Shown: one piece after another, positions 1-8,322 of the stretch
Layout: every line of letters begins with the position of its first letter
Numbering within the stretch: position 1 is the stretch's first letter
Source of the DNA: a virus
Taxonomy: Duplodnaviria > Caudoviricetes
Length of the DNA stretch: 24,635 nucleotides
IMG/VR virus record: IMGVR_UViG_3300005805_000467
Coordinates: 1 to 24,635 of that record
Strand: one strand, 5' to 3'
Notes under the pieces: model-generated
The model's database searches: none
Seen by the model: the letters and a program-made list of their open reading frames with translations, nothing else
What the model was told of the DNA's origin: nothing
Made by a program: the position numbers and the translations under genes

Positions 1-1
1 A

Positions 2-943
2 GGTTATAATAGGGCAGCTTTACCGCAAAAGAGAACAATGAAAGAAATTATTTACGATGTGGTAAATGATGGTTTTGTTGACTTTGATACTTCTGCGGAT
101 GGTAATGAATCGGGAAGAGAATTAAATTTAAGGGATTTAATACAGGTGTTGGATATAGGATTATCAAGTTCATTTCAACAATTAATCATGCTAAAGAATG
201 ATTTACGTCAAACTTTAGATTTAATTACTGGTATTAACGAAAACAGACAAGGTGATATCGCTGCAAGTTCTACTGTTACAAACGCTCAGATAGCAATTAC
301 GGCATCTAAAAACATTACTACTCCATTATTCTATGGAATGAATAAGTTTACAGAAAGAGTATTAATGAAAATGTGCGAATACTACAAATTGTCTTACGGT
401 TTCTTTAAAGTAGAAAAAGGCAAACAGATATTGGGTGATACTCAGCAAAGATTTTTAGTTGTTGAAAAAGAAATAGGTTATCAAGATTATGGTGTTGTTA
501 TTCAAGACGGTGGAAAATATGCCGAAATGAAAAATAAAATAATGGCATTAGCTGAAGTTTCCTTAAATGCAAAAGAAATAAGGTTAGAAGATTTGATGCA
601 ATTAGAAACTGCTGAATCTTATACTGAGGCTAAGAATATATTGAAAAACGCGTGGAAGTCAATACAGCAAGTAGCTGCCGAACAACAACAAAGACAATTA
701 GAAGCTCAACAGCAAATGCAACAGCAGCAATTAGAAATGCAGCAGCAAATGGCACTAGAAAATAGAGAAGATATGCAAGCTTCTAGAATTGACGAAATAA
801 ATGCTAAAACAGAAGGTCAAATTCGTATAGACGATAATAAAATGGGTAAACAAATGATTGTTGATACAAATAACATAGAGCAAAAGGCTGTATATAGCGA
901 TAAAAATACGGGAGGCACACAACCTCCTATTTCTCCAATGTAG
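2..943 (+). CDS. Portal protein, C-terminal part (5'-truncated), crAss-like
   Basis: The frame is open from position 2 (GYNRAALPQKRT precedes Met38), so the gene starts upstream. It has portal-like motifs (LDLITGINENRQGDI, DYGVVI) and a Gln-rich coiled-coil C-terminus (AEQQQRQLEAQQQMQQQQLEMQQQ) typical of podoviral portal barrels. It lies directly before scaffold and capsid. Stop is TAG. Confidence 0.8.
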   Translation, partial: GYNRAALPQKRTMKEIIYDVVNDGFVDFDTSADGNESGRELNLRDLIQVLDIGLSSSFQQLIMLKNDLRQTLDLITGINENRQGDIAASSTVTNAQIAITASKNITTPLFYGMNKFTERVLMKMCEYYKLSYGFFKVEKGKQILGDTQQRFLVVEKEIGYQDYGVVIQDGGKYAEMKNKIMALAEVSLNAKEIRLEDLMQLETAESYTEAKNILKNAWKSIQQVAAEQQQRQLEAQQQMQQQQLEMQQQMALENREDMQASRIDEINAKTEGQIRIDDNKMGKQMIVDTNNIEQKAVYSDKNTGGTQPPISPM

Positions 944-958
944 TTTGTGATTACTTTG

Positions 959-997
959 ACAAAAAAGAGCTCTGATTAACGTCAGGGCTTTTTTTGT
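959..997 (+). terminator. Intrinsic terminator after portal (possibly bidirectional)
   Basis: AAAAAAGAGCTCTGA-ttaacg-TCAGGGCTTTTTTT: hairpin with a preceding A-tract and a following T7 tract. Confidence 0.8.
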
Positions 998-1067
998 ACA
1001 TAAATATAAATGTTTATTACTTTTCAACAACTTATTGTTATTTAGACTAATTAAAAATAAAATTATT

Positions 1068-1075
1068 TATATTTG
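1068..1075 (+). promoter_or_regulatory. Bacteroidota-type -7 promoter element (TAnnTTTG) for scaffold/capsid
   Basis: TATATTTG lies in the intergenic region after the terminator, 15 nt before ATG 1091. The identical 8-mer recurs at 5819 and 17550. Confidence 0.7.
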
Positions 1076-1090
1076 TTTAAAATTCATTAA

Positions 1091-2257
1091 ATGCAAAAGA
1101 AATATTACAGCCCAGATGAAGCCACTGGAGGTGGTGCGGCAACGGCGACAGCGCCTAATTTCGAGCTTTTGACCGAAGATTTATTTGACCCAAACTACAA
1201 CGCGACAGCGGTAAAAGAGGAAAAAAAGATTGAGGAAAAGTTAGAAAAAGAAACAAAAGAAGAAGTTCCTGTGGATTTAAACTTACAAGAAGAAGTTAAA
1301 GAAACAAAAAAGGAAGAGGTAAAGAGTGAAGAAAAGAGTACTGAAACTAAACAAGAAACATCAACCGAAACTGCATCAAATGATTTCGAATTAAAGTTAG
1401 ATGATACTAACATTAATGGAAACGAAGAAAGTGCCGTTTGGATTGAAACAGCTAAAGAATTGTTTGGACTTGAACCTGAAAACAACTCTTATGAAGCATT
1501 TGTAGAAGCGGCGAAAGTTGCGGTAGAACAAGCTGAATTAAGAGGAAAGGAAACAACACTTGAAAAAGAAATAGCCGAACTTCCTGTTGAAGCTCAAATT
1601 GATTTCATGTTATTACGTGAAGGTTATACAAGAGAACAAATCAATGAGCCGACAAAAGAAATTGATACATTATTAAGTTATAGCAATATAGACCTTGTAA
1701 AAAAAGATTTAGAATTACAAGGGATGAGCGAAAGTTTAATTGAAAAAGAAATTGAATTATTAACCGAAAAAGGATTAATAGATCACGAAGCCGAAAAACT
1801 TAAATTAGTTTTGCATAATGCAAGAGAATCGGTTTTAACAGAAAGACAGCAATTAGCGGAACAAGTTGCAACAAATTATCACGCAAGATTGCAAGCTGAA
1901 AAACAAGCCCAAGCGGAGCTCATGTCAAACGCCTTTAACACAGTTAAGGATTTCATGGGACAGCCAATTAACGAGAATGCTCGTAAACAATTGGCTAACA
2001 GATATGCAGAGGGTGCGTATGACAGTATTTTCAATGATCCTGTTAAAAAAGCCGAGTTTATCATGTATTATCATTTTGGTGAGCAAGCTGCAAAGAACAT
2101 ACGCAACAAGGCGTTAGAAGAAGGCAGGGAGAAAGTAACTAAACATCTTTCAAACGTCCCGCCTGTTCCGCAGCATAACAACACTAAAGTAGCTGTAAAA
2201 CAAAATGCTAAGACAACTTCAGGCTTTGAATCTTTAAGTTCTTTATTTGGAGAATAA
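1091..2257 (+). CDS. Putative capsid scaffolding/assembly protein
   Basis: 388 aa with a very acidic low-complexity N-terminal third (E/K/T-rich) and a helical/coiled-coil remainder. It sits between portal and MCP, the conserved position in crAss-like phages. Confidence 0.6.
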   Translation: MQKKYYSPDEATGGGAATATAPNFELLTEDLFDPNYNATAVKEEKKIEEKLEKETKEEVPVDLNLQEEVKETKKEEVKSEEKSTETKQETSTETASNDFELKLDDTNINGNEESAVWIETAKELFGLEPENNSYEAFVEAAKVAVEQAELRGKETTLEKEIAELPVEAQIDFMLLREGYTREQINEPTKEIDTLLSYSNIDLVKKDLELQGMSESLIEKEIELLTEKGLIDHEAEKLKLVLHNARESVLTERQQLAEQVATNYHARLQAEKQAQAELMSNAFNTVKDFMGQPINENARKQLANRYAEGAYDSIFNDPVKKAEFIMYYHFGEQAAKNIRNKALEEGREKVTKHLSNVPPVPQHNNTKVAVKQNAKTTSGFESLSSLFGE

Positions 2258-2307
2258 AACAAATAAACCCAAAATAAAAAACAAATAAAAAACAAAAACA
2301 AAGAGCC

Positions 2308-3777
2308 ATGAATATTAACATTAACAGAGGCACATGGTCAGGCGATTGTACTGACGAAAACGATTTGATGTTGAATCAAATTAAATATCCAGCAATTAGA
2401 AAAATGTTGGAATACAAAGATCAACGTATGGTTTCTACTTTATTAGTAAACGGAGCTGTTGGTCCTTACGGTGTAAAAGACGTTCCAAGTTCATATCTTC
2501 CGTCTTTGGACGAAGGGAAAATGGTAGCTGATAATGCTTACCGTTTTAACATTATGGGTCGTATCCAAAAAGCATCTAATATCTTATCACAAGTTGGAGC
2601 TACATCTGCTGATGGAACTTTCCAATTAGTATTATCTGATAACTATTTAGTACCGGGAATGAACGCTGTATTTTACGGTGGACGTTTTACTGCACGCGTA
2701 ATGGGATACCCTGTTGGAACTTCAGGAAACTATACTTATACTTTCCAATCTCCAAATGGTGAAATTTTTAACTACGCTACTCATGTTGCACCACAACCGG
2801 GTGTTAAAACTTGCTTTGGAAGTTATAGTTCTTACGGAGAAGCTTCTTTACGCGGTTACGGACGTTCACATTTCCCTGATACTTATATCAACCACACTAC
2901 TATCCAACGTAAAACTGTTTCTATCACTGGTACAGCTTTATCTGACGTATTATGGTATGAAGTTGAATCAGAAAACGGACCAATCAAAGGATGGATGTAC
3001 GAGCAATTACAACAAGCACGTGCGCAATTCTTAATGGAGCGTGAATATCAAAGATGGTTTGGTATCTCTACAATGAAAGATGCTAACGGTGCTTTATTGC
3101 CAATCCCACGTTTAATTGACCCTGAAACAGGAAAAGGAATTATCGCGGGTGATGGTTTAGAAGAGCAAATCAAAGGTGGTAACGAAATTTACGGTTCAGG
3201 CGTGAACGGTGAAGCTACTGAAGATGATTTCTCTGATATGATGAAAGCTATCCGTAAGAAGTCAGATATGATTTCAGGTTTAACTTACGTGTTTGTAACA
3301 GGTGAAGATGGTTTCTCTAATGCACAAAAGAAAATGGCTGCATTAAATGTTAACCAAAACATTCAGTTATTCCGTAACGTTGCTGATGTAAACAAAGCTG
3401 GTGGAGATACTCCTGAAGCGGGTGTTACTTTTTCAAACTTCAACATTGATGGTGATACTGTATGGTTCATCAAACATCCAATGTTTGACGATGAAGAGCG
3501 TTTCCCTGAAAGAGGTAACGATGGTAAATTGTTAATGTCTTCTAACTACTACTGTTTGACTGTTGGTCAAGGAGCAAGCAAAAACATGGATGTATTTGCT
3601 AAAGGTGGTAAAAATGGTGTTAACCGTTCATTCGTTAACCAAGAATTCAACGGTATGACTGGTGCTCAAGGCGCTATCATGTCTGAAGAAGATGCAAAAA
3701 AATATGCAATGTTAACTGAAGACTTACTTGTTATCTACAATACTAACAAGTGTGGTATCATCTACAAATCTGCATAA
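2308..3777 (+). CDS. Major capsid protein, crAss-like (HK97 fold)
   Basis: 489 aa; SSYGEAS, YINHTTIQRKTVSITGTA, GDGLEEQI, FIKHPMFDD and C-terminal NKCGII resemble crAss-like MCPs. Strong high-expression codon bias (CGT, TTC, AAC, ATC, GGT). Followed by a terminator. Confidence 0.85.
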   Translation: MNININRGTWSGDCTDENDLMLNQIKYPAIRKMLEYKDQRMVSTLLVNGAVGPYGVKDVPSSYLPSLDEGKMVADNAYRFNIMGRIQKASNILSQVGATSADGTFQLVLSDNYLVPGMNAVFYGGRFTARVMGYPVGTSGNYTYTFQSPNGEIFNYATHVAPQPGVKTCFGSYSSYGEASLRGYGRSHFPDTYINHTTIQRKTVSITGTALSDVLWYEVESENGPIKGWMYEQLQQARAQFLMEREYQRWFGISTMKDANGALLPIPRLIDPETGKGIIAGDGLEEQIKGGNEIYGSGVNGEATEDDFSDMMKAIRKKSDMISGLTYVFVTGEDGFSNAQKKMAALNVNQNIQLFRNVADVNKAGGDTPEAGVTFSNFNIDGDTVWFIKHPMFDDEERFPERGNDGKLLMSSNYYCLTVGQGASKNMDVFAKGGKNGVNRSFVNQEFNGMTGAQGAIMSEEDAKKYAMLTEDLLVIYNTNKCGIIYKSA

Positions 3778-3795
3778 TTAGTTCTTTAAAATAAT

Positions 3796-3827
3796 AAGTC
3801 CCCCTTTGAAAGATAAGGGGGATTTTT
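3796..3827 (+). terminator. Intrinsic terminator after MCP
   Basis: AAGTCCCCCTT-tgaaagat-AAGGGGGATTT followed by further T residues. Confidence 0.8.
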
Positions 3828-3848
3828 AATAAACAAAAAATAATAAAA

Positions 3849-4946
3849 ATGAAAACACTTCAAGTAACTGACAGTGGAGCTGTCATGGAAGAAAATGCGC
3901 CGATGTTCAAAGTTATTAAAGACGGACACGGATTTGAATTAAAAGTTGCAAACTTAGAGCATCCAACATGGTGTCCTAATACAGGGATTGTAAAAATCGA
4001 AGCAACAAAAGTAAGCGCAAGAAATAATAAAAATGTAATTATTAAAACTGTAAACGACAAACAAACTGGAGCGATATTCGGTATTGATATTGGAGTTGAC
4101 AGAGTTACAAAAGATATTATTTGGGAGCGAATCAATTTAAAAGAGTTTGAGTTCTTTGATTTATCAAACAGAAAAGAAAGAGCAAGGTATATTGTACTAA
4201 GTCGTCACTATACAATGGAGGGTAGCCCTAATCAGTTTGGGAAACCTAATTGGAGAGTAATTGACCAGCAAAGAAAAGCAAGTAGTTATCTTGAAGAAAG
4301 AGGAGAAAGAAAGAGAGCTGCTGAAGTTGCTGAAAACTTAACATACGAACAAATGATAGACTTAGCGCCTGCATTTGGCATTCGTCCTGAAGCTCATTCA
4401 CAAACTATGCTAACGGCTGAAATTTATAAAATTGCCGATACAGACCATAAGAAGTTTTTAACCATTTGGGATAATCCTGATAAACAAGGAATGGTGGTAT
4501 TCAAAAGAGCTTTGAAAAACGGATTAATATCTTTTGACCAAACTTACGGTTATACTTACGAAGGTCAAGTATTAGGTAAAACAGAACCTCAAGCATATTC
4601 TTATTTAACAAGAAACATACAATTACTTTCTGCTATTGATATGTTATCAAAAGAAAAAGAAACTAATTCAAGTCATTCTTATACGCCGATAGTGCCAAAA
4701 CAGGTTGACCCGTTAGAGGAACTAAGAAAACAATTAGAGGCAAAAGAAAAAGAATTAGAAGACTTAAAAAAGAAAGTAGTTACAACAAATACAACGGTTA
4801 ATACTATAACTGCCGAAACAAGTCTTGAAAAAGAAGAGCTTTTAAAAGAGGCTAAGATTTTAGGAATAAAAGGCAGTCATTTATTTGGTTTGCAAAAGCT
4901 AAAGGATGAAATAGAGAAAGCTAAAAAAGAACAAGAAACAAAATAA
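3849..4946 (+). CDS. Conserved post-capsid protein of crAss-like phages with a C-terminal Rho_N/HeH-like helical domain
   Basis: 365 aa immediately after MCP. It contains FFDLSN and YTYEGQVLGKT motifs, a coiled coil, and terminal KEELLKEAKILGIKGSHLFGLQKLKDEIE. Confidence 0.55.
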   Translation: MKTLQVTDSGAVMEENAPMFKVIKDGHGFELKVANLEHPTWCPNTGIVKIEATKVSARNNKNVIIKTVNDKQTGAIFGIDIGVDRVTKDIIWERINLKEFEFFDLSNRKERARYIVLSRHYTMEGSPNQFGKPNWRVIDQQRKASSYLEERGERKRAAEVAENLTYEQMIDLAPAFGIRPEAHSQTMLTAEIYKIADTDHKKFLTIWDNPDKQGMVVFKRALKNGLISFDQTYGYTYEGQVLGKTEPQAYSYLTRNIQLLSAIDMLSKEKETNSSHSYTPIVPKQVDPLEELRKQLEAKEKELEDLKKKVVTTNTTVNTITAETSLEKEELLKEAKILGIKGSHLFGLQKLKDEIEKAKKEQETK

Positions 4947-4947
4947 T

Positions 4948-4972
4948 AAAGGCGGCTAAATGCCGCTTTTTT
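4948..4972 (+). terminator. Intrinsic terminator
   Basis: AAAGGCGGC-taaat-GCCGCTTTTTT directly after the stop at 4946. Confidence 0.8.
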
Positions 4973-4985
4973 AAATTTTACAAGC

Positions 4986-5768
4986 ATGAATATTATTCAA
5001 ATGATGGAAAGAATTGACTTCTACAACGATAGGTATAAGTCAGCGCGTTTTGCAGATTCAAATTATATGGACGCAATTAATGCCTCCGTAAATTCAATGT
5101 TTAAAGACAAAACAGATAACAAAAAACAATTTAGAAGATATTCTTTTCAGAGTAATGAGCAGGTAAGACGTGAACTATACACATTGATTAAAACGTCAAC
5201 TATTGTTCCAACAGCAAATAAAAATGTAGTATATCCTATTGACTTCTATTATTTTGGAAATATGTACACTACTGTTGATGGAAATGTAGTTTATTGTAAG
5301 CCAACTAATTTAAACGAGATAGGTCCACTTCAAGTTGATCCATTCAGAAAACCAACTCCAAAGAAAACATACTATATAGAAAACAAAGTAGGTTTAGACG
5401 TTTATTTTGGAACAGGTACTTTTACGAGCGCATCATTAACGTATTTAAAAACCCCTGATTTAGTTTCTATTGGAACCGAAAGTGATAAAATATATCCGGG
5501 AGGAGCTGTGTTAACAGTAGGTGATGATTATATTGTTTATGAAGATTGCGAACACGATAATACTATTTATTATGCAGGTAGCATATTTACAGCGACATTA
5601 ACATCTTTAACCGCAGGAATAGTTATCCCTACTTCGGTAATAGTAGATTGCGATTTACCAGAAAATGTTCATGACGAAGTTTGTAAAATGGCATCTGAAA
5701 TAATGAACGGAACCATTGAGGATTACAACAAGTCAGTGTTTTTACAAAAGGAAATTGAAAAACAATAA
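4986..5768 (+). CDS. Tail ring / head-tail connector protein (crAss-like)
   Basis: 260 aa with an N-terminal helical pair, YPIDFYY, DPFRKP, LTYLKTP and C-terminal CDLPENVHDEVCKMA, the pattern of crAss ring (P22 gp4/T7 gp11-like) proteins. Confidence 0.7.
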   Translation: MNIIQMMERIDFYNDRYKSARFADSNYMDAINASVNSMFKDKTDNKKQFRRYSFQSNEQVRRELYTLIKTSTIVPTANKNVVYPIDFYYFGNMYTTVDGNVVYCKPTNLNEIGPLQVDPFRKPTPKKTYYIENKVGLDVYFGTGTFTSASLTYLKTPDLVSIGTESDKIYPGGAVLTVGDDYIVYEDCEHDNTIYYAGSIFTATLTSLTAGIVIPTSVIVDCDLPENVHDEVCKMASEIMNGTIEDYNKSVFLQKEIEKQ

Positions 5769-5818
5769 TTTGTTGAAAACTAACAAATTTTATTTAGAAT
5801 TAGATTAATTATAAATAA

Positions 5819-5826
5819 TATATTTG
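5819..5826 (+). promoter_or_regulatory. Bacteroidota-type -7 promoter element
   Basis: TATATTTG in a 90-nt intergenic gap, followed by an A-rich leader to ATG 5859. Confidence 0.7.
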
Positions 5827-5858
5827 TAATATTATAAACCAATAAAAAACAAGAAAAC

Positions 5859-7466
5859 ATGAGTTTAAAACCAGCACTTCAGTCTATTTTGCTCAAAACA
5901 TCAGCAGCAACAGACTTAAAGTACAGTGGTAGAGAGTTAACTATCACAGGGGCTAAACGTGCGATTAATGTTGATAGAATCGTTTCTATTAAACAAGAAA
6001 AGTACAGAGCCGAAGTAGTACAAGTTGTAGAAGCAGGATTAGGATCTTATACTCCTACTGCATCAACTAAGTACACAATTTTATTAGGGGACGTTAACCG
6101 TGTAATTCAAGGTGGTCACGAAGTATTGTTACCATACTCTTACACAACTCCTTCAGATTTAACATTGATTGGAGCTAACGCTGCTGCTCAACGTGAGTAC
6201 ATTCACGGCAGAATCGTTGATGCTATCAATGCAAATCTAAACAATTATGTAACTGCTGCAAGTTTAGGTGGTGGTACAGGATTTACAATTACTGATGACG
6301 CAGGTTACTATCCTGTTCACGGACAAAATCAATCAAACCGTTTAGGAGCAACAACAGTTATTGCTGCTGCTAACAACGATGGTTCAGGTTTCGGTTCGGC
6401 TTCTGTGGCTGTAACTACTGCTGCTGTTTATTCATTCGGTGTAGGTGCTGAATTGTTAGCGCAAAAACCTGTAATGTATAACATGGCAGGAAACCTTGCA
6501 ACTGGTGTATTTACTGCTCCTGTTGCTGCTGACGGCTCTTACGCTGTAAGTGGACAAAATTACGATGGTTTCCGTATCGAAACATTAGAATTACAATCTG
6601 CACATAACGTAACAGGTCAGTGGGCTTTAGTTCCTTACGAAACTATCGTTTACGTTGATAATGGAACTGGTGCTTCAACTGCTAACCTTGCAGGATTTAT
6701 TGCTTTTGAAGAAGCTTTCCATAGATTAGTTGCTAAGTTCTTTTCAGCTTATGCTACAATCGTAGGTGAATTTTTCGATAGCCCTACTTTATTTCAAGGT
6801 GCTGCTGGAGCTGTTCCAACATCTGGAGCAGGTAGTGCTGGAGCACAAAATAAAATGGCTACCGAATACGGTCAACTTGTATATCATTTAATCGGAGATG
6901 CTACAATTGCAGTTCCAACTCCTGCTAATGGCGGTTTAAATTTAGATCAAGATTTAACTGATACTAAAGGCGCTGAATATACTCCTTCTTTATTAACTGC
7001 TTGCCCTAAAGAATTTACAGTAGGTAAAAGCGGTATTTCAGTTTTAGCTCGTTTGACTGTTACTGACCATACTGATGCTACTGTTGTTATCGGTTTACGT
7101 AAAAAAGCTGCTCATGCGGCAGATTTCAATAACTACACTGATTTAGCTGCAATTGGATTCATAGGTGATTTAGTTTACACTTGGGGTATTTTAAACAATG
7201 CTGCAACTGTTGCTACTAACACTGCTGTTGTTCCAACTGATGGTGCAAGTGAAACTTTTGAAATTCGTGTAGACGGAACAGGTTTAGTTACTGCTCTTTA
7301 TAATAGCGTAGTGTATCCTGTTTATTCAGCAGGTACTACTCCATTAGTATTAGACGCAGGTGACATCTTAATCCCAACTGTACGTGCAGTAAACGTAGGT
7401 GGCGGAGATCCTGATGTAATTATCAGCGAATTATTAGCTGTTAATTCTGACGATTGGAGAATTTAA
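5859..7466 (+). CDS. Putative auxiliary capsid/decoration protein with an extra C-terminal beta-sandwich domain
   Basis: 535 aa, Ala/Gly/Thr-rich. It has MCP-like high-expression codon usage plus its own promoter and terminator, and follows a ring protein as the auxiliary capsid gene does in crAss-like phages. Confidence 0.55.
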   Translation: MSLKPALQSILLKTSAATDLKYSGRELTITGAKRAINVDRIVSIKQEKYRAEVVQVVEAGLGSYTPTASTKYTILLGDVNRVIQGGHEVLLPYSYTTPSDLTLIGANAAAQREYIHGRIVDAINANLNNYVTAASLGGGTGFTITDDAGYYPVHGQNQSNRLGATTVIAAANNDGSGFGSASVAVTTAAVYSFGVGAELLAQKPVMYNMAGNLATGVFTAPVAADGSYAVSGQNYDGFRIETLELQSAHNVTGQWALVPYETIVYVDNGTGASTANLAGFIAFEEAFHRLVAKFFSAYATIVGEFFDSPTLFQGAAGAVPTSGAGSAGAQNKMATEYGQLVYHLIGDATIAVPTPANGGLNLDQDLTDTKGAEYTPSLLTACPKEFTVGKSGISVLARLTVTDHTDATVVIGLRKKAAHAADFNNYTDLAAIGFIGDLVYTWGILNNAATVATNTAVVPTDGASETFEIRVDGTGLVTALYNSVVYPVYSAGTTPLVLDAGDILIPTVRAVNVGGGDPDVIISELLAVNSDDWRI

Positions 7467-7483
7467 TCAACCCAACAAATAAT

Positions 7484-7513
7484 AAAGGGGGAATGTAAAA
7501 GTTTCCCCTTTTT
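7484..7513 (+). terminator. Intrinsic terminator
   Basis: AAAGGGGGAA-tgtaaaagt-TTCCCCTTTTT. Confidence 0.75.
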
Positions 7514-7522
7514 AATAATAAA

Positions 7523-7966
7523 ATGGCAAAAATACTTGAAATAGTAAAAAAGTTTAATGTTCAAATAGCATTAAAAAATATCTATTCTAAAATTGATGAA
7601 ATTGTTAGAAAGATAAACGAATCTCCAGAGGTAAACTATAAAAAATATGTTGCCTTATTAACACAGTCAGGAATCAATCCTCCTGTTGCGACAGTATTAG
7701 AAAATGAATTAGGTGAAGAAATTGTTTGGCAATATAATATAACAGGTTATTATTACGCTATTAGCTCTTTATTTTTACAATCAAAGACGTCGGTAATGAT
7801 AAATCAGTCGTCAACTTTAAATTCTGGAATAGGTGGTTTTATTACCGCATCAACAGCATCTAGTAATGATGCCGTTATAATTAATGTTTACGACCCTTAT
7901 AATTCATTTGCTAATGTAGATGGATTTTTGGTTAACACTTTAATAGAAATACGAGTATATAACTAA
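7523..7966 (+). CDS. Hypothetical virion protein
   Basis: 147 aa: a short amphipathic N-terminal helix, then a beta-rich domain (YKKYVALLTQSG...VLENELG...IEIRVYN) of a type I recognise from Bacteroidota phage structural regions. Confidence 0.5.
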   Translation: MAKILEIVKKFNVQIALKNIYSKIDEIVRKINESPEVNYKKYVALLTQSGINPPVATVLENELGEEIVWQYNITGYYYAISSLFLQSKTSVMINQSSTLNSGIGGFITASTASSNDAVIINVYDPYNSFANVDGFLVNTLIEIRVYN

Positions 7967-7981
7967 GAAAAAATATAAAAA

Positions 7982-8320
7982 ATGAATACTCAAAATAGAA
8001 ACACATTATATAGATTATTAAGCGAAAAAGATAGCGTAGCTATTGGTTATCAAAAGTTATCTATAACGGGAACTGCTCAGGCTTTAACTATTCCTGATGG
8101 GGCAACTTACGCTGAATTAAGATTAGAAAGTGATGTTACTGCATCTGTGCCTGTAAGATACTTAATGTTAGGTAATGATACTTTACCAACAGCCTCAGAC
8201 GGAATGGCTTTAAATCATTTAGATTTTTTCGATATTGACAATGGAACAAACATGGTTAATTTCAGAGTAATAAGAACGACTGGCGGAACTCACACGTTAC
8301 ACATACAATACTATAAATAA
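7982..8320 (+). CDS. Small beta-rich virion protein (putative hub/decoration)
   Basis: 112 aa of alternating beta-strand pattern (TPDGATYAELRLE-like region, PTASDGMAL, TLHIQYYK) with an A-rich leader. Confidence 0.5.
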   Translation: MNTQNRNTLYRLLSEKDSVAIGYQKLSITGTAQALTIPDGATYAELRLESDVTASVPVRYLMLGNDTLPTASDGMALNHLDFFDIDNGTNMVNFRVIRTTGGTHTLHIQYYK

Positions 8321-8322
8321 AA

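Noticed and set aside
680-750. CAA/CAG microsatellite-like tract
   Set aside because: It encodes the Gln-rich coiled coil normal for portal C-termini.
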